Assembly (NCBI RefSeq): GCF_963921235.1
Contig: NC_086106.1
Location: forward strand, 32,798,001 to 32,861,496
DNA length: 63,496 nt
Direction: 5' to 3'
Origin: Mobula hypostoma
Lineage: Eukaryota
The notes under the pieces were generated by a model, which saw only the letters and a program-made list of their open reading frames with translations, had not been told where the DNA came from and made no database searches. Both the position numbers and the translations under genes were made by a program. Each line of letters starts with the position of its first letter. Position 1 is the stretch's first letter. Of the stretch, positions 1-12,088 are shown piece after piece.

Positions 1-201
1 GACCTGGGCAAGAGATTCCTATTACTCGGCGGACTATGGGATTTCGGGATGTTTTAAAATCATTCTTGAAGCGTTGTTTCTCTATTCTACTAACCATTAG
101 GCGTGATGTGCTTAGGTCTGTCTGATATATGAGTACAAACAATGTGATACGACCAAAAGATTGTAATGAGCATCTACCCCTCGCTATCTTTATGTATTTA
201 T

Positions 202-321
202 CATGCATTCCACGGAGAGGACGCACAGCGACTCCTTACAGTGGACGCCGGGATTGAACACCAAATTTCGACGCCCCGAGCTGTAATAGAGTCTCGTTAA
301 ACACTACGTCACCGTGGCGCC
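202..321 (-). mobile_element. tRNA-derived SINE head
   Basis: Minus strand GGCGCCACGGTGACGTAGTGTTT...GGTGTTCAATCCC resembles Pol III A and B boxes, followed by a SINE-like core. Confidence 0.5.
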
Positions 322-1532
322 TTTGTCGCGAGAGAGTCAAGCTGACAGGGGTCCGTTTATATAACGAATATTGAAGATTTATAACCGTCGGGAAGATTTG
401 GAAGGTTTATACGATATCCATCTATTGGTTATCTTATCACGGTGTGTTGCAGTGACCATTTGGTATAGGTTGTCTATTTTATGAATGTTTGCGCTAAGGC
501 CTTTAAGTTATTTAGAAATATCAAAGTCAACGGAGGCACCATTTAATTTTGAAGTTAGTATACACAATAAGCGTCATCTGTAATCTGCATCTTCTGGGCG
601 CAGGTTGTAGTGACTTTGCTTCTGGGTCGCCCTATTTTTAACAACACGATAACATTGTACTAGTTGTGTACTGGCTCAATATTCCGGGCAAACATTGTGA
701 AGAACGGGCCATCATTCCACTATTGGGAAACCTGCAGATTTGATTGACAGCGGTTTTACAAACAAATTAAATGTTCTTTCCAGTGTCTTTTAAAAAAAAA
801 ACGAAATTTTACCGACGCTTTAACATATCAAGCATGCGTCATAAGTGGCTGAATCACTGGAGTTATTGTGTTCCGTATTTGTCGACTTTACGTACTTCCA
901 TAACACTTAACCGTGATGTAAGATTTTGCAAATGACTAAAACTCAAATCTCCTGCGAGATTTCTGATACATCAACCTTATTTTTCCAAACAGAATTTAGT
1001 ACCACGATCTTTCTTTTGCATGCATCGAAGTCGTTCAGTCCCCGTGTTATTTGTGGCACGCCAAGCATTCCTGCCCTTTTAGTCGTTCGCAGAATGTACA
1101 GTTCACCTATTAACACTGAGCCAGCAGATTTACTCTGCCTTCCAGTGGCACAGCCTGTAGAGTCATAGGGCACTACAATGGTGAATCCATTACATGAATT
1201 CTACAATACGTCTTGTGCACCTCCCGCTTTCTGAGTTTGGTGATGAGGAGTACGAGTGAAGCATGCAGTTAAAATTTGAAGCTGATATTCACATGACCAG
1301 CCTCCTTTCCACACACACTCCTACAATTTAGAGTTAACACCTAAATATGTCATGAACTCTTGTGAGGAAACGACGCTGGGAAGCTACCATTTATTTTTTG
1401 ACACTCTATCTATAAATGTTTATCCTGGAAGATTACAAAATGCTTCACGGAATGAGGTCATACTGAATATGTATGTTTCTGGAATTTCATTACAAGCATA
1501 TTAACTTCAAAATATCCCGCCCCCGCCCCCAG

Positions 1533-2440
1533 TTAATTTGTTGGCGATTGTGATACTGTCCCGAGGAAGATGCGGTCTCTCCAGATGTATCACGCGGTAC
1601 TTGGTGTCCATGGCGGTGACGGATCTGTTGGTTGTTATCTCCACTGTCATATTCAATCGGATTACTGCCCTTTATTCTCAATTTAGTTTTATGTCCTTGA
1701 CTCCGTCTTGTACTTTGAAAACGGTGATAATCTATGCAGTCATCGAGAGTTCGGTCTGGTTGACAGTCGCTTTTACCTTTGATCGATTCGTGGCCATTTG
1801 TTGCCAGAAGTTGAAAACAAAATATTGCACCGAGAGAACGGCGGCATTTGTCATTGGGACAATCTGTGTGTTGAGCTGTTTGAAAAGCGTCCCATGGTAC
1901 TTCATCTACGAGCCGCTGTACATAATTGACAATAAGCCCTGGTTTTGTACCAGAAAATTAATCTACAGCACATTACTGGCGTGGACATTGTATGATTGGT
2001 TTGCACGGATTTTCAACCCAGGGCTGCCGTTTGTCTTAATTATACTCTGCAATGTGATAACGGTGAGGCACATTCTTGTGGCTAGCAGAGCCCGCAGGAA
2101 CATCAGGTCCCAGATTAATAGAGATAAAAACAGCGATCCAGAGATGGAGAGTCGGAGAAAGTCTATCATTTTACTCTTCCTGATCTCCGGCAGTTTTATC
2201 CTTTTGCGGATGACCTATGTTGTAGATTTCCTCAGCATCGAAATTTCACATGAACCATATTTCAGTGGTTCCAATTTCAGTGACCCCAGGTTCATTCGCC
2301 AGGAAGTTGGAAATATGCTTCAGCTGCTGAGCTCTTGCACTAACACCCGTATTTATGTGGTGACTCAGAATAAATTTAGAGAGGAGTTGAAAAATGCAGC
2401 ACTATATTTCTGGGATCGAATTGCTACGTTAGGAAGATGA
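1533..2440 (+). CDS. GPR139-like class A GPCR, main (second) coding exon, TM1 C-half to stop
   Basis: Open frame: NLLAIVILSRGRCGLS, MAVTDLL (TM2), TFDRFVAICC (DRY-like), LPF (TM5), DPEMESRRKS, CTNTRIY (TM7). A pyrimidine tract plus AG at 1531-1532 gives a phase-1 acceptor. The ORF-track start at TTG 1538 is not a true start, and exon 1 was not found. Confidence 0.88.
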
Positions 2441-2462
2441 AGGTGCAGCAAGCTGCGGGTAC

Positions 2463-2499
2463 AGTTACTCGCTAGTTACTCGCTAGTTACTCGCTAGTT
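2463..2499 (+). repeat. 11-bp tandem repeat (AGTTACTCGCT)x3.4
   Basis: Direct reading, just 3' of the GPCR stop. Confidence 0.95.
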
Positions 2500-4389
2500 T
2501 AAAACCTGTCATCGTTCGACCTGCTGTTCTGTAATAAATTGGTCTCTGCCGATAAATGGACGATAAATAATTGGCGCTCTTCAACTCGCATGATTATCTT
2601 TTCACTGATGTTAGAAATATGTCCATTGAACATTTGAATCATGAAGCTCACCCTAGTCTACAATCATATCTTTTCTACTGTTTTGCGATTTCCCAATTGG
2701 CTTTTAATTACTTGACTCCGGTGTCCACCCAATTCCACTTTCCAATAACGCCAGAAGTATAAGGTTCCTGATTATAGTTACTCTCCGAGGGCGAATTTTG
2801 TTTTAACCATACATTTCAGTTTTGGCTGTCGTTATAAAACTCTTACACCTGAGTTTTGTAGCATTAAACCCAGTCAACTGTTGTTGCATTAACCGAATCA
2901 GTCGGTCATATTCCAGGCCAGTTATCTACAGCTTTTTCAGTTAGTCATAGTTAAAATCCTTCCTCTCTGGTGCTATTGTAATAATGCATTTTGAAATCCT
3001 ACCTATATGGTTTCTGTATTGTCGTGGGCAGTAAGTTATGCTATACCCCAGGTAAGCCTAAGAAGTATATTACAAAGGTTCAGGACAATGTACCCGCTTT
3101 GCTACAGTCTAATGCGGTGCATGAAATATTGTAATAACAGTGTGACTTCCGATATTTCGAAGTAATGAAGTGCAGAGTCTTAGACCATTTACCATTCGGC
3201 AATCACTCCTCCCATGGAGCCGTCTTGGCGAATCTTTCCTGCATCACATCTCTGGCAGTAGATTCCTCGGCAATCTTGTTTCGTGCATGTTAGACAAGGG
3301 ACATAAAAATGGAAACTGCTCGGAACGCAAGTACATCAGACTATAACTATGGAAAAGGAAAAAGATGAAATATCTCATGAACCACCTTTTATCAGCTCTG
3401 ATCAACAGGAAAACAATGACGTAGTCCCGGCAACAGGGAAATGCGCACGAAACGAAATAAGAGTTCATGAATAAAACATATGACACAACCACCGTATATT
3501 ATGCTATCTGTCAATACCTGTTGGGAGATGGCATAATTTACGACGCTTGTGTAAAATGTCACTGATGATGTCGTTGTGTTGGCATGATTATCAGACCAAT
3601 AGTACTTTTAAACGAATTGTAGAAGATTTATTTCTTCGATAGTCAAGAAAAGAAAGAACGTACGCTAATTTTAGGGAATTAGACATAACGTCCGAAAGAC
3701 TGTCCTGAGGATGGACAATCAGAAGACGAATTGGATCACGTTGTCCCGCCTACCATATGTATACATTCTGTCAGAGAGGATTCAGATTAGTTCAGATTCG
3801 CCAGGTTGCCAAGAATTAGACTGATGATGCCCCCAACCCACCCGGAGTGTTGAGCATGACAACTATTGTGGCCATTATACTAAAGTGAAAAAACAACGGT
3901 CTTCCTGAAAGCGTGTTGTTGTGTCTCTGCACAACTACATACCGATTAAATAAAAACACGTACGCCGGGGGTGGCTTTAACTGGGGTATTCACACTGCAA
4001 CAAGAGAGAACAATGCGTATGGCGTAGACAACAACGCAAACTCAAACAAAATTTATATCCGTAATGTTAAGTGGGGGGGGGGGGGGTCATTGCTCTAAAA
4101 GAAATAGATCCATACATTACACTTCATCGGCCTTCAGATTAATGCAAAATAAAACTGTACATGTACAAAACATTCAATTTCCCTTCATAACCCACAGTCC
4201 AAATAAACATGCTTTCACAATGACAGTCCATAAGTGACATCACAGTTCCAAAGATTCGGACTTTGAGTAGTGCTCTGTTTCTTTCATAATGGTGCCTCTG
4301 GACCTGTGGAGTGGCATCAGGTTTGGCAGGAGCCTTGTCTGAGACAACGTTCTCGGTTTCCAGCGTCACGGTGCTGACGGTGACATCAT

Positions 4390-4745
4390 CACAGGCTGCC
4401 TCCTGCCAGAGGCCTCATTTGAGTGCTTTGACTAAGCATGCCACATACAAGCCTGTCCCTCAGTCCATCTCTAAAGGCACACACTGGGAAAGTTTGCGCA
4501 GTTCAGCAATGTATTCAGAAAAGCTTTCATCTTTTGACTGGTTCCTTCAGTCAAATCTAAATCTCTCAGCTATTGCTAGAGGTTCAGAACTCAAGTGATT
4601 TTGTAAAATTGTAACAATTTCATCGAACGTCTTCCTTGCGGGCTTGTCAGCGGTTACTAGGGCTTTCCTTTGCTCCTTCACGTTGTTCGTGTTGCAATAC
4701 AGTTCAACCTTCTCGATATACGACTCCCAGGCTCTGCAGCGTGTT
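4390..4745 (-). mobile_element. Ty3/Gypsy gag fragment, decayed
   Basis: WESYIEKVELYCNTN...FDEIVTILQNHLSSEPLAIAERFRF, then GLRDRLVCGM in another frame. Confidence 0.75.
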
Positions 4746-5595
4746 GTGTCCTTGAGCAAGCTGCATCGGCCCTTGCCCTTCCCTTGGAAAATATCGGTGG
4801 CATGGAGATGGGAGACTTGCAGCATGGGCAACTGCCGGTCTTCCATTCCTGGGAGGTTATCAACGCGGGGTCTAGGATAGTATATAAAAAGACACGGCAT
4901 TTAACTTCCCGAATTCAATGCATGCCCTTAGCATGCCATCCTTCTTGGGGCCGAGAACCATATGAATGCTCTGACTATTTGAAAGCTTCATGGCTCCCAG
5001 CTCCAGAATGGTCCGAATCTCCTCCTTCAGGGCTCTTCAGGTCGCTCTGGCACTCTGTAATAGTGTTGGCGTACTGAACCCTGGTCAGCCTACAGCCTAC
5101 AGAGAAGAAGTCATCACCCTGACACAGTCGTGTCAAGAAAAGAACCTCTCCCTGTATGTGGCAAAACAAAAGAGCTGGTTGTGGACTGCAGGAGGGCCGG
5201 AGGCAGGCTAACCCCTATTGACACCAATGCATCTGGGCTTGAGAGGGTGAATAACTTCAGTTTACTCGGTATTCACATCACCGAGGCCCTCATCTGGTCT
5301 GTAGATACCGGCTGTGCGATGAAAAATAAAGCACAACAGGACTTTATCACCTCAGGCGGTTGAAGAAGTTCGGCATGAGTCCCCAGATCCTAAGGACTTT
5401 CTACAGGGGCACAATTGAGAGAATCCTGATTGGTTGTATCACTGCCTGGTATGGGAACGGTACCTCCCTTCATCGCAGGTCTCTTCAGACAGTTGTACGG
5501 ACAGCCCAACCGCATCTGTGGATGTGAACTTCCCACTACACAGGACGTTTACAGTGTCGCGTGCGTTAAAAGGACCCAAAGGATCATTGGGGACC

Positions 5596-6091
5596 CAATT
5601 CAGATATGTCCATACATGGCCTCCTCTACCGCCATGATGAAGCTAAACTCAGGTTGGAGGAGCAACACCTCATATACCGTCTAGGTAGTCTCCAGCCCCT
5701 TGGTATGAACATAGAATTCTCCAACTTCCAGTAATTCCCTCCCCCTCCTTTCCCCTACCCCTATGTCACTCTGCCCCCTCCCCCAGCTGCCTATCACCTC
5801 CCTCATGGTTCCGCCTCATTCTACTACCCATTGTGTTTTCCCCTATTCTTCCTTCACCCTTCCTGCCAATCACCTCCCTGCCTCCCCTCCCCCACCCCTT
5901 TATCTTTCCCCTTACTAGCTTTTCACCTGGAACCTACCAGCCTTCTCCTTCCCACCCTCCCCCTACCTTTTTTTATAGGGCCTCTGCCCCTTCCCCCTAC
6001 AGTCCTGATGAAGGGTTCCGGCCCGAAACGTCGACCGATCTTTTCCACGGATGCTGCCCGACCTGTTGAGTTCCTCCAGCGTGTTGTGAGT
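5596..6091 (+). mobile_element. Penelope-like element 3' fragment (GIY-YIG C-terminus plus pLTR)
   Basis: SDMSIHGLLY...LRLEEQHLIYRLGSLQPLGMNIEFSNF*, pyrimidine-rich UTR and hammerhead motif; flanked by 10-bp ATTGGGGACC duplication (5586-5595, 6092-6101). Confidence 0.88.
6001..6035 (+). ncRNA. minimal type I hammerhead ribozyme motif in pLTR
   Basis: GTC-CTGATGA-A-GGG(TTCCGG)CCC-GAAAC-GTC|GAC. Confidence 0.7.
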
Positions 6092-6267
6092 ATTGGGGAC
6101 CTAAGGCACCCCCAACCAGAATTTGTTCCAGCTGCTACCATCCGGGAAACAGTACCACAACATGAAAGCCAGAAGTAACAAGCTCCGGGCCACCTTGTTC
6201 CAGTGATTAATTCAGACTGATTAATTCACGCTGACACAATTGTATTTTTAAGCTATATTGACTGTTC

Positions 6268-6846
6268 CTGGTAGCTTTATATCGCAAGATGCTAGAAGTA
6301 AAGTAGAAATAAAAAGAGGAACCGAAATTGTCAAAACCAACTTTCGAAAAATGAAACTAATTTTTACCAATAGACACATTTCTATGACAACAAGACTTAG
6401 GCTACTGAAATGTTACATCTGGTCAATCTTGTTATATGCTTCCGAAACATGGACTATAACACCAGAACTCCAAAGAAACTTAGAAGCAACAGAAATGCAG
6501 ATTCTTAGAAGAATGCCGAAAATATCATATAGAGATAGGGTAACTAATGAGACAGTACTCCAAAGTGCCCATACAAAAAGATGTTTAATGAGTACATTAC
6601 ATGAGAGGAAACTTGAATTCCTGTGCTATGTCATCAGAAATAGAGAAATAGAATGCCTTACGTTACATGGCTGTATGCCCGGGAAACGCAGAAGAGGAAG
6701 GCAAAGAAGAAAATATATGGACACTGTGAAAGAACTAACAGGTATAAGTGTGCGAGATATTGACGCTGCATGGGATCGTTCTATGTGGAAAGCCATGATC
6801 GCCCAAGTGTGCAACGCACAAGACACCTGAAGAAGAAGAAGAAGAC
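6268..6846 (+). mobile_element. RTE-clade LINE 3' end
   Basis: RLRLLKCYIWSILLYASETW...GKRRRGRQRRKY; (GAA)n tail; 9-bp TGACTGTTC duplication (6259-6267, 6847-6855). Confidence 0.88.
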
Positions 6847-7535
6847 TGACTGTTCTGTTGTATATCTTACTGTATATACTATTTATTACAAATTACTATA
6901 ATTTGCCAATTACACATCAGACAGAGACGTAACTCCTCACGTATGTGAAAAATGTAAGAAATAAAGTCAATTCAATTCAATTCATATCATTTCAATTCAA
7001 TTCAGGTCTGATCCTGATGGAATCTTTGAGGACATTTGTCAGTCTTGGTCTCTGGTGAAACAGCTGTTAAAAGTCAGATAACTCCATTTGCAGCTCAGTT
7101 AGGTGCTAGCCAGCGATATTGCAGAGGTCAACCTTCCCAAGCCTCTTAATATCATTATTAATAGGAACTTCATCTGTACAAGTCTCAACAGAAGGAGGAG
7201 AGCGGGCGTATTTCTCAAGGTTCTATTGCGGGCATGACCTTCTAGGCCCTTTGGGTCCTCCCGTGCACAAACTAGCTTCCAAGTCAGGAAAAGGTTGTAA
7301 CTCAGCCATTGCTTAGTTTTTAACACGAGTCACGACAAACTAAGAAACAGCACTCTCTACCCCTGGATTAACAAATGGATGTCATCGGCTATTTCCTTTC
7401 TTCAGTAACTTTGTAACACAGGCAAATCTACACCCCCCCCCCACCCCCAGAATCATGACAGCTGGTAGTCTCTCCAGCACCATGAAATTCATCAAATACT
7501 TATGGCTATCCAGCTCAGTGGTGAGTTCTGCCATA

Positions 7536-9830
7536 AAACCATATGACATAAGAGAAGAATTAGGCAATTTGGCCCATCGAGCCTGTTCCACTATTTCATC
7601 GTGGCTGCTCTTACCTTCTCTCCATATTCCTTTATGTCCTAATCAAGAATCTGGTATTCTCGGCATTAAATATACGTAAAGTCTTTGCCAGCGCAGCAGC
7701 CAGTGGCAACAAATTCCACGCATTCATTACTTCCTGGCTGAAGAAATTCCTCCTCATCTCCGTTGTAAAGGGTGCCCCTCTATTCTGAGGCTGTGTCCTC
7801 TGGTCCTAGACTCTCCACCATAGGAAACATCCTCTCCACTCTATCGAGATCTTTCATCATGTGATACTTTACAATTCCAGTGAATACAGGTTCAAAGCCA
7901 TTGAACGCTCTTCATATGGTAATCTATTCAATGCTGGAATCAAGTTCATGAAATTGCTTTGAAGCTTTTCCAGTGTCCGCACATCCTTTCTAAGAAAAAG
8001 GGCCCAACACTGCTCACAATACTCCAAGTGAGGCCTCACCAGTGCTTTATAAAGCCTCAACATTACATCTTAGCTTTTATATCCTAGTCCTCTTGAATTG
8101 AGTGTTATCACTACATTTGCCTTCGTCACTACCGATTCAACCTGCAAATTAACCTTCAGGAAATCCTCCACAAATAATTCCAATTCTTTCGAGGGAGAAG
8201 GAGGAGAAGATGGCGGCGCGACGCAGAGCGCGCGGCTGTTCCGAATCATAAATATCGTATCTGTGAAGTAGGATGCCGTGCGCAATCCTGATTTGATACA
8301 GACGGACGTAAAGAAGCACGGAGGAACATCTGGAGAAACTTCTGAACTGGCTGCTTCGCTGTCGTGGCTACTGTGCGATCGAGAATCACCAGAGGTAAAG
8401 GCCCCAAATCCTCGGCCTTGCCTATTGCCTGTTGCCGGGGCCGGGGTCGAAGCGCTCGGCAGAGATGGTGCTCGGTGTCGGAGAGCTGGTCGGAGGCTCG
8501 GAGTTTTCGGACGGACTCGGATTCGGACTGTGGTCAGATGCTTCCGGGATGCTGCATCGGCAAGTTTGCGGCGCTGGAGGTTCACCGTCTCCGTGAGATA
8601 ATGGGACTTCCGAGAGACCTTGAGATTTTACCGTGCCTATGGTCTGTTCTTATTAAATTACGATATTGCTTGCACTGTTGAAACTATATGTTACAATTAT
8701 GTGGTTTTTGTCAGTTTTTCAGTCTTGGTTTGTCATGTGTTTTCTGCGATATCATTCTGGAAAAACATTGTATCATTTCTTAATGCATGCATTACTAAAT
8801 GACAATAAAAGAGGACTGCGTGTCCTCATAATCTAATCTAATCTAAAGTCCCTTTGCGCCTCATATATTTGACTTTTCTTTCCATTTATAACATTGTCAA
8901 CTCTTCTATTTCTTCTGTCAAAGTGCATGACCATGCACTTCCTGACACTATATTCCATCTAACACTTCCTTGATCGTTCTTTTTCTATATTCTCTATTCT
9001 TCCTCAGAACTATCTGTCCCTCCACCTATCTTTGTATTGTCCGCATGCGTTAGAACAATGCCAGCAGCAATTCCGTCGTACAAGTTATTGACATATAACA
9101 AACAAAGAAGCGGTCAGAACACAGTCCGCTGTTGAACACCACTAGTCACAGGTAACCAATTAAAAAAAGGTTCCTTTTATTCTCACACTTTGCACTTTGC
9201 CTACTGCCAATCAGCCACTGCTTTATCCATGCTAGTATCTTTCCTGTAATACCATGGTCTCTGAACTTGATAAGCACCCTCATGTGTGGCACCTTGTCAA
9301 ATGCCTTCGGAAATTAGAAGTACACAATATCATGCGATTGTCCTTTGTCTATCCTGCTTGCTTTTCATCAAAGAATTACAACAGATTTGTCATTTAAGAT
9401 TTTCCTTTGAGGAAACCATGCTGACTGCGGCCTATTTTATTATGTGTCTCCAAGTACCCCGAAACCATATACTTAACAATCGAATTCTACATCTTCCCAA
9501 CCACTGAGGTCAAACTAACTGGCTTATAATTATCTGTCTTCTGCCTCTTTCCCTTGTTGAATAGTGGAGTAATGTTTGCTATTTTCCAGTCTCCCGTAAA
9601 CATTTAAGAATCTAATGACGCAATCTAATGATTAATCTAATGATTAATGACACAATCTCATCAGCTTCTCCATCAGAACCCTGGCTTATACACCGTCTGG
9701 TCCAGGTGACATATCTACTTTAAGATATTTAAGTTTCCCAAGATCCTTCTTCTTAGTAATGGCAACTTCAGACACTTCTAACCCATTGACACTCTCGAAC
9801 TTACAGCATACTGCTAGTGTCTTCCATAGT
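7536..9830 (-). mobile_element. CR1 LINE RT/3' end, decayed, with nested insertion
   Basis: MLRLYKALVRPHLEYCEQCW (7869-8063), 3' tail near 7540, and RT remnants continuing past 8846. Confidence 0.75.
8191..8846 (+). mobile_element. non-autonomous LINE-dependent element
   Basis: GC-rich 5' end with AAGATGGCGGC, AT-rich 3' end with AATAAA and (ATCTA)n tail; splits a CR1; no credible protein. Confidence 0.6.
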
Positions 9831-10299
9831 GAAGCTTCTTATTGTGCTGCCGGAACTAGTTGGAAAAGGATTCCTGCTTCATTTACTCAAAAGCCCTTCG
9901 CTTATACTCTTCAAAGATGACAAATTCAACGACAAGTTGGTTTTCAATTTGGAAGCAGGCATGCAAGTTAACGTCATCGGTATCCTGCATCTTATTTACT
10001 TAAACTGGAGTACCTTTATTTCCATCTGTGTGTGGCTTCCCTATTAATCTCTCTTTTATGAGAACTCCAGCCTTGTGTTTAACGTGTTGAGTCTCAATAT
10101 AGCGGAGAGAAGAGCGCGTTTCACAGAATTAGTTTATTAGATTGACGTTGGCTTTAATAGTGATCGGAATTTTCTTTCCAGTGTTCGTAGTAAAGAAGGA
10201 TATTCTCTCGGACATCTAACATATAAGTCAGTTATATCACAATGGCTAAAACATTAGAATAATTTTCCTTACAGTACATATTTTCTTAATTTTAAGTAC

Positions 10300-10420
10300 T
10301 TCTATAACATTATCTGTTAGTGTAAGTTTCTGCAAATGAACACGTTTTCTCTGACTTCATTTGATACTTTCGAGAGGCTGCACTTTCCTTGCAATAGGAT
10401 CACAATCGTAACAAAGTTAG
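10300..10420 (-). pseudogene. GPR139-like GPCR relic A (start of main exon)
   Basis: Acceptor TCTCTTACAG then (A)NFVTIVILLQGKCSLSK, homologous to the start of the 1533 exon; then VFIC-QKL resembling VAICCQKL after an apparent deletion. Confidence 0.7.
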
Positions 10421-10699
10421 CTGTAAGAGAGGTGGAGAAACCGGATGATAATTGGTAGCCAGTCTTCTGACAAGTTTATCAGTAAAAGGGCGGATATGAA
10501 ACTCACATATTTGACAGCTGATTCGGCGATTAAAATAGATCGATTATCTACTTTTGCATTAAAATAATTATTCCAAACGCACATAAAATATCGAATGTAA
10601 CATATGATACAAACGTTGGTTCCAAACATAGGAAGACTTTCGTGTTTCAGGAGACTGAATTCATCGTTTAAAAATCAAACCGACCAACAATTTTAAACA

Positions 10700-11257
10700 A
10701 CATACATCAAAGTTGCTGGTGAACGCAGCAGGCCAAGCAGCATCTATAGGAAGAGGTGCAGTCGACGTTTCAGGCCGAGACCCTTCGTCAGGACTAACTG
10801 AAGGAAGAGTGAGTCAGGGATTTGAAAGTTGGAGGGGGAGGGGGAGATGCAAAATGATAGGAGAAGACAGGAGGGGGAGGGATGGAGCCAAGAGCTGGAC
10901 AGGTGATAGGCAAAAGGGGATACGAGAGGATCATGGGACAGGAGGTCCGGGAAGAAAGACGGGGGGGGCGGTGACCCAGAGGATGGGCAAGAGGTATATT
11001 CAGAGGGACAGAGGGAGAAAAAGGAGAGTGAGAGAAAGAATGTGTGCATAAAAATGAGTAACAGATGGGGTACGAGGGGGAGGTGGGGCCTTAGCGGAAG
11101 TTAGAGAAGTCGATGTTCATGCCATCAGGTTGGAGGCTACCCAGACGGAATATAAGGTGTTGTTCCTCCAACCTGAGTGTGGCTTCATCTCCACAGTAGA
11201 GGAGGCCGTGGACAGACATGTCAGAATGGGAATGGGATGTGGAATTAAAATGTGTGG
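10700..11257 (-). mobile_element. Penelope-like element 3' fragment
   Basis: VATHFNSTSHSHSDMSVHGLLYC...GMNIDFSNFR*; 15-bp CAACAATTTTAAACA duplication (10685-10699, 11258-11272). Confidence 0.88.
10760..10795 (-). ncRNA. minimal hammerhead ribozyme motif
   Basis: Minus strand AGTC-CTGACGA-A-GGG(TCTCGG)CCT-GAAAC-GTC|GACT. Confidence 0.7.
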
Positions 11258-11299
11258 CAACAATTTTAAACACGTGAGAGTTCTAATAAGTTACAGCGT

Positions 11300-11470
11300 A
11301 GTACGTGAAATATACAAAGCTGTACAGAGCAGTAATTTTATTAAAAAGTCAAACAGAACTATGAAGGGACTGGAATCAGATTATAGAGAGCGAGAAATCA
11401 TGAAGACTCAAAAAATAACTTCAGTAACTGTCGTTCAAACATTGACTCTTCTTCAAGAATAGAAACATGT
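11300..11470 (-). pseudogene. candidate GPR139-like relic B (ICL1-TM2)
   Basis: Minus-strand FNKITALYS versus FNRITALYS in the 1533 gene; upstream LFLKKSQC-LNDSY*SYFLSL loosely aligns with VILSRGRCGLSRCITRYLVSM. Confidence 0.4.
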
Positions 11471-12088
11471 CAAGGCGAAATCCAGTGCTCATTTCGACTT
11501 TGACCAATAGCATCAGTGAGGTGTTGCAACAGAAGATGATATCTGATTGTTCATTTCTTATTTTTTTTTCATTGTTTTGGTGGAATTTTGGTTTTGGCAC
11601 AAGAATGCATTACATTTCACAACCCATTTTATCGTTTGGAAAGGTCGACATATCGATTGTCAGGTCTGAATTCGCTTCTATCAACGAATGGAGGGTAGAA
11701 ACTGTGACTTGTCTTGACAATAATTCGTTTCGAAAATTCAACGAAGAGCTTATTTGCTATGTAACGAATAATAGAATTATACTTAATATAAATAGATGTA
11801 AATAACAAGGCAGGAGGCACCTTTACAGGGAAGCTCATAATAAATACTCCATCCACACGAGTGCTGTTAGTTTAACAGCGCCAATCACGGCGTTGTAGTG
11901 AATTATTACATTAAATTATTATTTAAATGAAACCAGTATCAGCTAATTCGTTGATAATAAGCAGCCGATACTGAAAGAGCAAGTTAAAGTTTAGGTTTAT
12001 TGTACATTTATCACAAGCACCATATTAAATACTATTTCCACAATAACATTAACAGATAAAGAGTATTATATATGAACCCCCCTCCCCC

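Larger units (their letters stand above)
5085..7003 (+). mobile_element. Rex1/Babar LINE 3' portion, interrupted by Penelope and RTE insertions
   Basis: KELVVDCRR, LGIHITEAL, RRLKKFG...FYRGTIERIL; resumes after 6101 (LFQLLPSGKQY); the 3' UTR ends in AATAAAG plus (TTCAA)n. Confidence 0.75.

Noticed and set aside
926-1173. Overlapping short ORFs upstream of the GPCR, considered as exon 1 or a V fragment
   Set aside because: No YYP..GVP-type TM1 start, no in-frame donor and no Ig motifs.
3244-3492. Hydrophobic minus-strand ORF resembling olfactory receptor TM5-TM7
   Set aside because: Motif spacing is wrong and there are no canonical OR signatures.
8070-8681. Three long overlapping GC-rich ORFs
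   Set aside because: A by-product of the GC-rich 5' part of a non-autonomous repeat; no domain features.
11581-11610. FGFGTR looks like a J-segment FGxG motif
   Set aside because: No 12-spacer RSS upstream and no splice donor downstream.
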